Shown piece by piece: positions 42,030 through 43,846 of a stretch of DNA of 43,846 nucleotides. Under the pieces are notes generated by a model. That model was given only the letters and a program-made list of their open reading frames with translations. It had not been told where the DNA came from and did no database searches. Made by a program: the position numbers and the translations under genes. The stretch is taken from the IMG/VR virus record IMGVR_UViG_3300037722_000477, positions 1 to 43,846 of that record. One strand, 5' to 3'. The DNA is from a virus. Its lineage: Duplodnaviria > Caudoviricetes. How positions within the stretch are numbered: position 1 is the first letter of the stretch; every line of letters begins with the position of its first letter.

Positions 42030-43137
42030 ATGGGCTATCCCATCTCAGGAGATCAGCAACCGTGAGAGAGCATCGGACGATGGCGCGTAGGTCACGGTCT
42101 CCCCACGGGGTGCTCCGGGATCCTCGCGTAAACCGCAACGAGTTAACGTCAGCGACAGGACGGAGCAACGATGAATGAACGACCGTTGGTGATTTATCAC
42201 GCCGGCTGCTGGGATGGGTTCTGCGCGGCCTGGGTGGCTCGGAAGGCGCTCGGCGACATCGAGGCCGTGCCTGCCCATTACGGCACGCCGCCGCCAACTG
42301 CGATCGGGCGCGAAGTGTACGTGCTCGATTTCTGCTATCCATTCGACGCGATGGCCGACATGGCATCACAGTCCGGGTCCCTTACGGTCCTCGATCATCA
42401 CAAGACGGCTGAGCGAACAATCGCCGATCTTGAAGCGATGTTCATCACGCACAACATGGCCGGTCGCGCGCGGTACGGTGTCGAGAAGTCCGGCGCTCGG
42501 ATGGCCTGGGAGTTTTTTGGGTTTATCGGCGGGTGGGAAGGCATGCCGTCGCCGTGGCTGGTGGACTACACGGAAGACCGGGACCTGTGGCGGCACGCGC
42601 TGCCGGACTCGGAGAACATCAACGCTGCGCTGCGCTCGCACCCGCTCAGTTTCGACCTGTGGGATGAGTTTCACGATGCCGTTGGCCAGCGCGAGATGTT
42701 CAAGCGCGAAGGTGAGGCGATTCGGCGGCGTGAGCGCCAGATTGTCGAGGAGCACATCCGCCACGCCCGCGATGTCGAGATCGACGGGCACAGCGTGCGT
42801 GTCGTCAATGCGACCGTGCTGTTTTCAGAGATTGCCGGCGAACTCGCGAAGGGAAAGCCATTCGGCGCGTGCTACTTCGACCGTTTCGACGGGAAGCGGC
42901 AATGGTCGCTCAGGTCGGATCTTAAAGGCGTTGACGTGTCGGCGGTGGCAAAGGCGCACGGCGGTGGCGGCCATGCGCACGCGGCTGGATACGAGGAGTA
43001 GCCGCCGATGGCGCGCACTTCGTTAGGGCTTACGCGAGGATCCTGCCGGCCGAGCGCAGCACGTCCGGTCGGCACGCGAGAAGATTGCGATCTGATCTCC
43101 TGACATGGGGTACTCCATCTCCGGAGATCAGATCGCA
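42030..43137. repeat. Nested inverted and direct repeats enclosing the DHH gene
   Basis: 42118-42131 is the reverse complement of 43030-43043 (14/14); 42039-42056 is the reverse complement of 43092-43109 (17/18); 52-bp palindrome 43086-43137. Confidence 0.85.
42171..43001 (+). CDS. DHH/DHHA1 phosphoesterase (NrnB-like)
   Basis: IYH..C.DG, VLDF, LDHHKT, DRDLW, WSLRS, DVS.VAK..GGGGH..AAG. Confidence 0.92.
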   Translation: MNERPLVIYHAGCWDGFCAAWVARKALGDIEAVPAHYGTPPPTAIGREVYVLDFCYPFDAMADMASQSGSLTVLDHHKTAERTIADLEAMFITHNMAGRARYGVEKSGARMAWEFFGFIGGWEGMPSPWLVDYTEDRDLWRHALPDSENINAALRSHPLSFDLWDEFHDAVGQREMFKREGEAIRRRERQIVEEHIRHARDVEIDGHSVRVVNATVLFSEIAGELAKGKPFGACYFDRFDGKRQWSLRSDLKGVDVSAVAKAHGGGGHAHAAGYEE

Positions 43138-43152
43138 GGAGGACTGTGACCC

Positions 43153-43422
43153 ATGAGAGACAAAGAACAGGAACAGGAAAGAACGGTGACCGCCTCGACG
43201 GACGAGGGCTATACGCCGACGCCGGTGACGCCGGAGGATCTGGAATACGCCGCCGCGCTGATCGAAGGCCACGCCGTGCGCAACGAACACAAGTGGTCAG
43301 ACCTGACCAAACTCGTTATCGAGCGGCGCTACTTGCGATTCCGCAGCGAGGCGGAACGGCTTCGCCAGCTGCTGATGTCATCGAGTGCTGCCGTGTCGCC
43401 AGCGGACGGGAGTTCGCTATGA
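43153..43422 (+). CDS. Hypothetical protein
   Basis: AGGAGG SD. Confidence 0.6.
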   Translation: MRDKEQEQERTVTASTDEGYTPTPVTPEDLEYAAALIEGHAVRNEHKWSDLTKLVIERRYLRFRSEAERLRQLLMSSSAAVSPADGSSL

Positions 43423-43670
43423 CGTCGCATCGCTTTATCGGATCGTACTTGCGACCAGCAGTGACCGACCAGGACAGGCACGACCGAGGCCTGCTGCTCG
43501 CGAATGCGCGCGTCATGCGGGACGAGCTGGAGCAGATTTTTGTCGACACGGACCATTGGAACCGGGCGCATCCGGATGAGGACCAGATTGACCCTGATCC
43601 AGGCGGCACGATGCGCCAGATGATCGACGAGATTGACGCGCTGTTGCTGGCGAACCAGCCGGTGCAATGA
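43419..43670 (+). CDS. Hypothetical protein
   Basis: ATGA coupling; QIF.D..HWN..HP.E..IDPDP.G. Confidence 0.65.
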   Translation: MTSHRFIGSYLRPAVTDQDRHDRGLLLANARVMRDELEQIFVDTDHWNRAHPDEDQIDPDPGGTMRQMIDEIDALLLANQPVQ

Positions 43671-43746
43671 TGCACCCGCGTCCGGCGCTCTTCGTGGAGA
43701 GACGACGAGGCTCGATCTTGACCCGGAGGGCTGTGTGGTCCCCGAA

Positions 43747-43846
43747 GCGGAAACCATCAACTAACGCGTCGAGTGATTCGGAGGATCCCATGATCAACAC
43801 AGGGCGTGAGACACGGAGCGCTGAGGACGCCACGGATCTGATCGCG
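43747..43846 (+). repeat. 100-bp exact direct repeat, copy 2 (contig end)
   Basis: Identical to 1357-1456. Confidence 0.95.

Noticed and set aside
42118-43043. Insertion sequence or integron cassette carrying the DHH gene
   Set aside because: Inverted ends exist, but there is no transposase, no target duplication (GTGCTCCG vs TGCCGGCC) and no RYYYAAC...GTTRRRY attC layout. Kept only as an unexplained repeat structure.
43044-43074. Resemblance of GCACGTCCGGT to group II intron domain V
   Set aside because: No AGC/CGC triad in proper register, no GNRA-capped D5, no GUGYG 5' end and no RT.
43747-43846. Physical direct terminal repeat of the virion DNA
   Set aside because: The partner copy is internal (1357), and a P22-like terminase implies headful packaging; an assembly overlap is more likely.

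Overview
Near-complete genome of a GC-rich (roughly two-thirds G+C by eye) P22-like short-tailed dsDNA phage. The last 100 bp (43747-43846) are identical to 1357-1456. The contig is therefore either a ~42.4 kb circle (1357-43746) with 1-1356 as an alternative upstream branch, or a genome broken at a true repeat. Gene order: accessory cassette array (radical SAM, HNH, ASCH, frameshifted dual-frame C5 methyltransferase); a short leftward operon; packaging and head genes (terS, terL, portal, scaffold, coat); gp4/gp10-like tail machine, ejection proteins and tail spike; holin-like gene with no recognisable endolysin; four leftward tRNAs (Thr-CGU, Glu-UUC, Lys-UUU, Gln-UUG); a CI/Cro-like switch; and an early region (HNHs, Rad52/Sak-like SSAP, YqaJ exonuclease, NinB-like, Acb2/Tad1-like, adenine MTase, RusA-like, truncated initiator-like gene behind a ~520 bp non-coding block, DHH phosphoesterase). 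I found no integrase, partition ATPase, helicase/primase or peptidoglycan hydrolase. The most unusual signals are non-coding: nested inverted repeats and a 52-bp palindrome around the DHH gene, SD-containing linker repeats at cassette junctions, a covarying hairpin-SD module in the leftward operon, a parS-like site, and a G-quadruplex-containing putative origin. All family calls come from motif recognition by eye; no database search was run.
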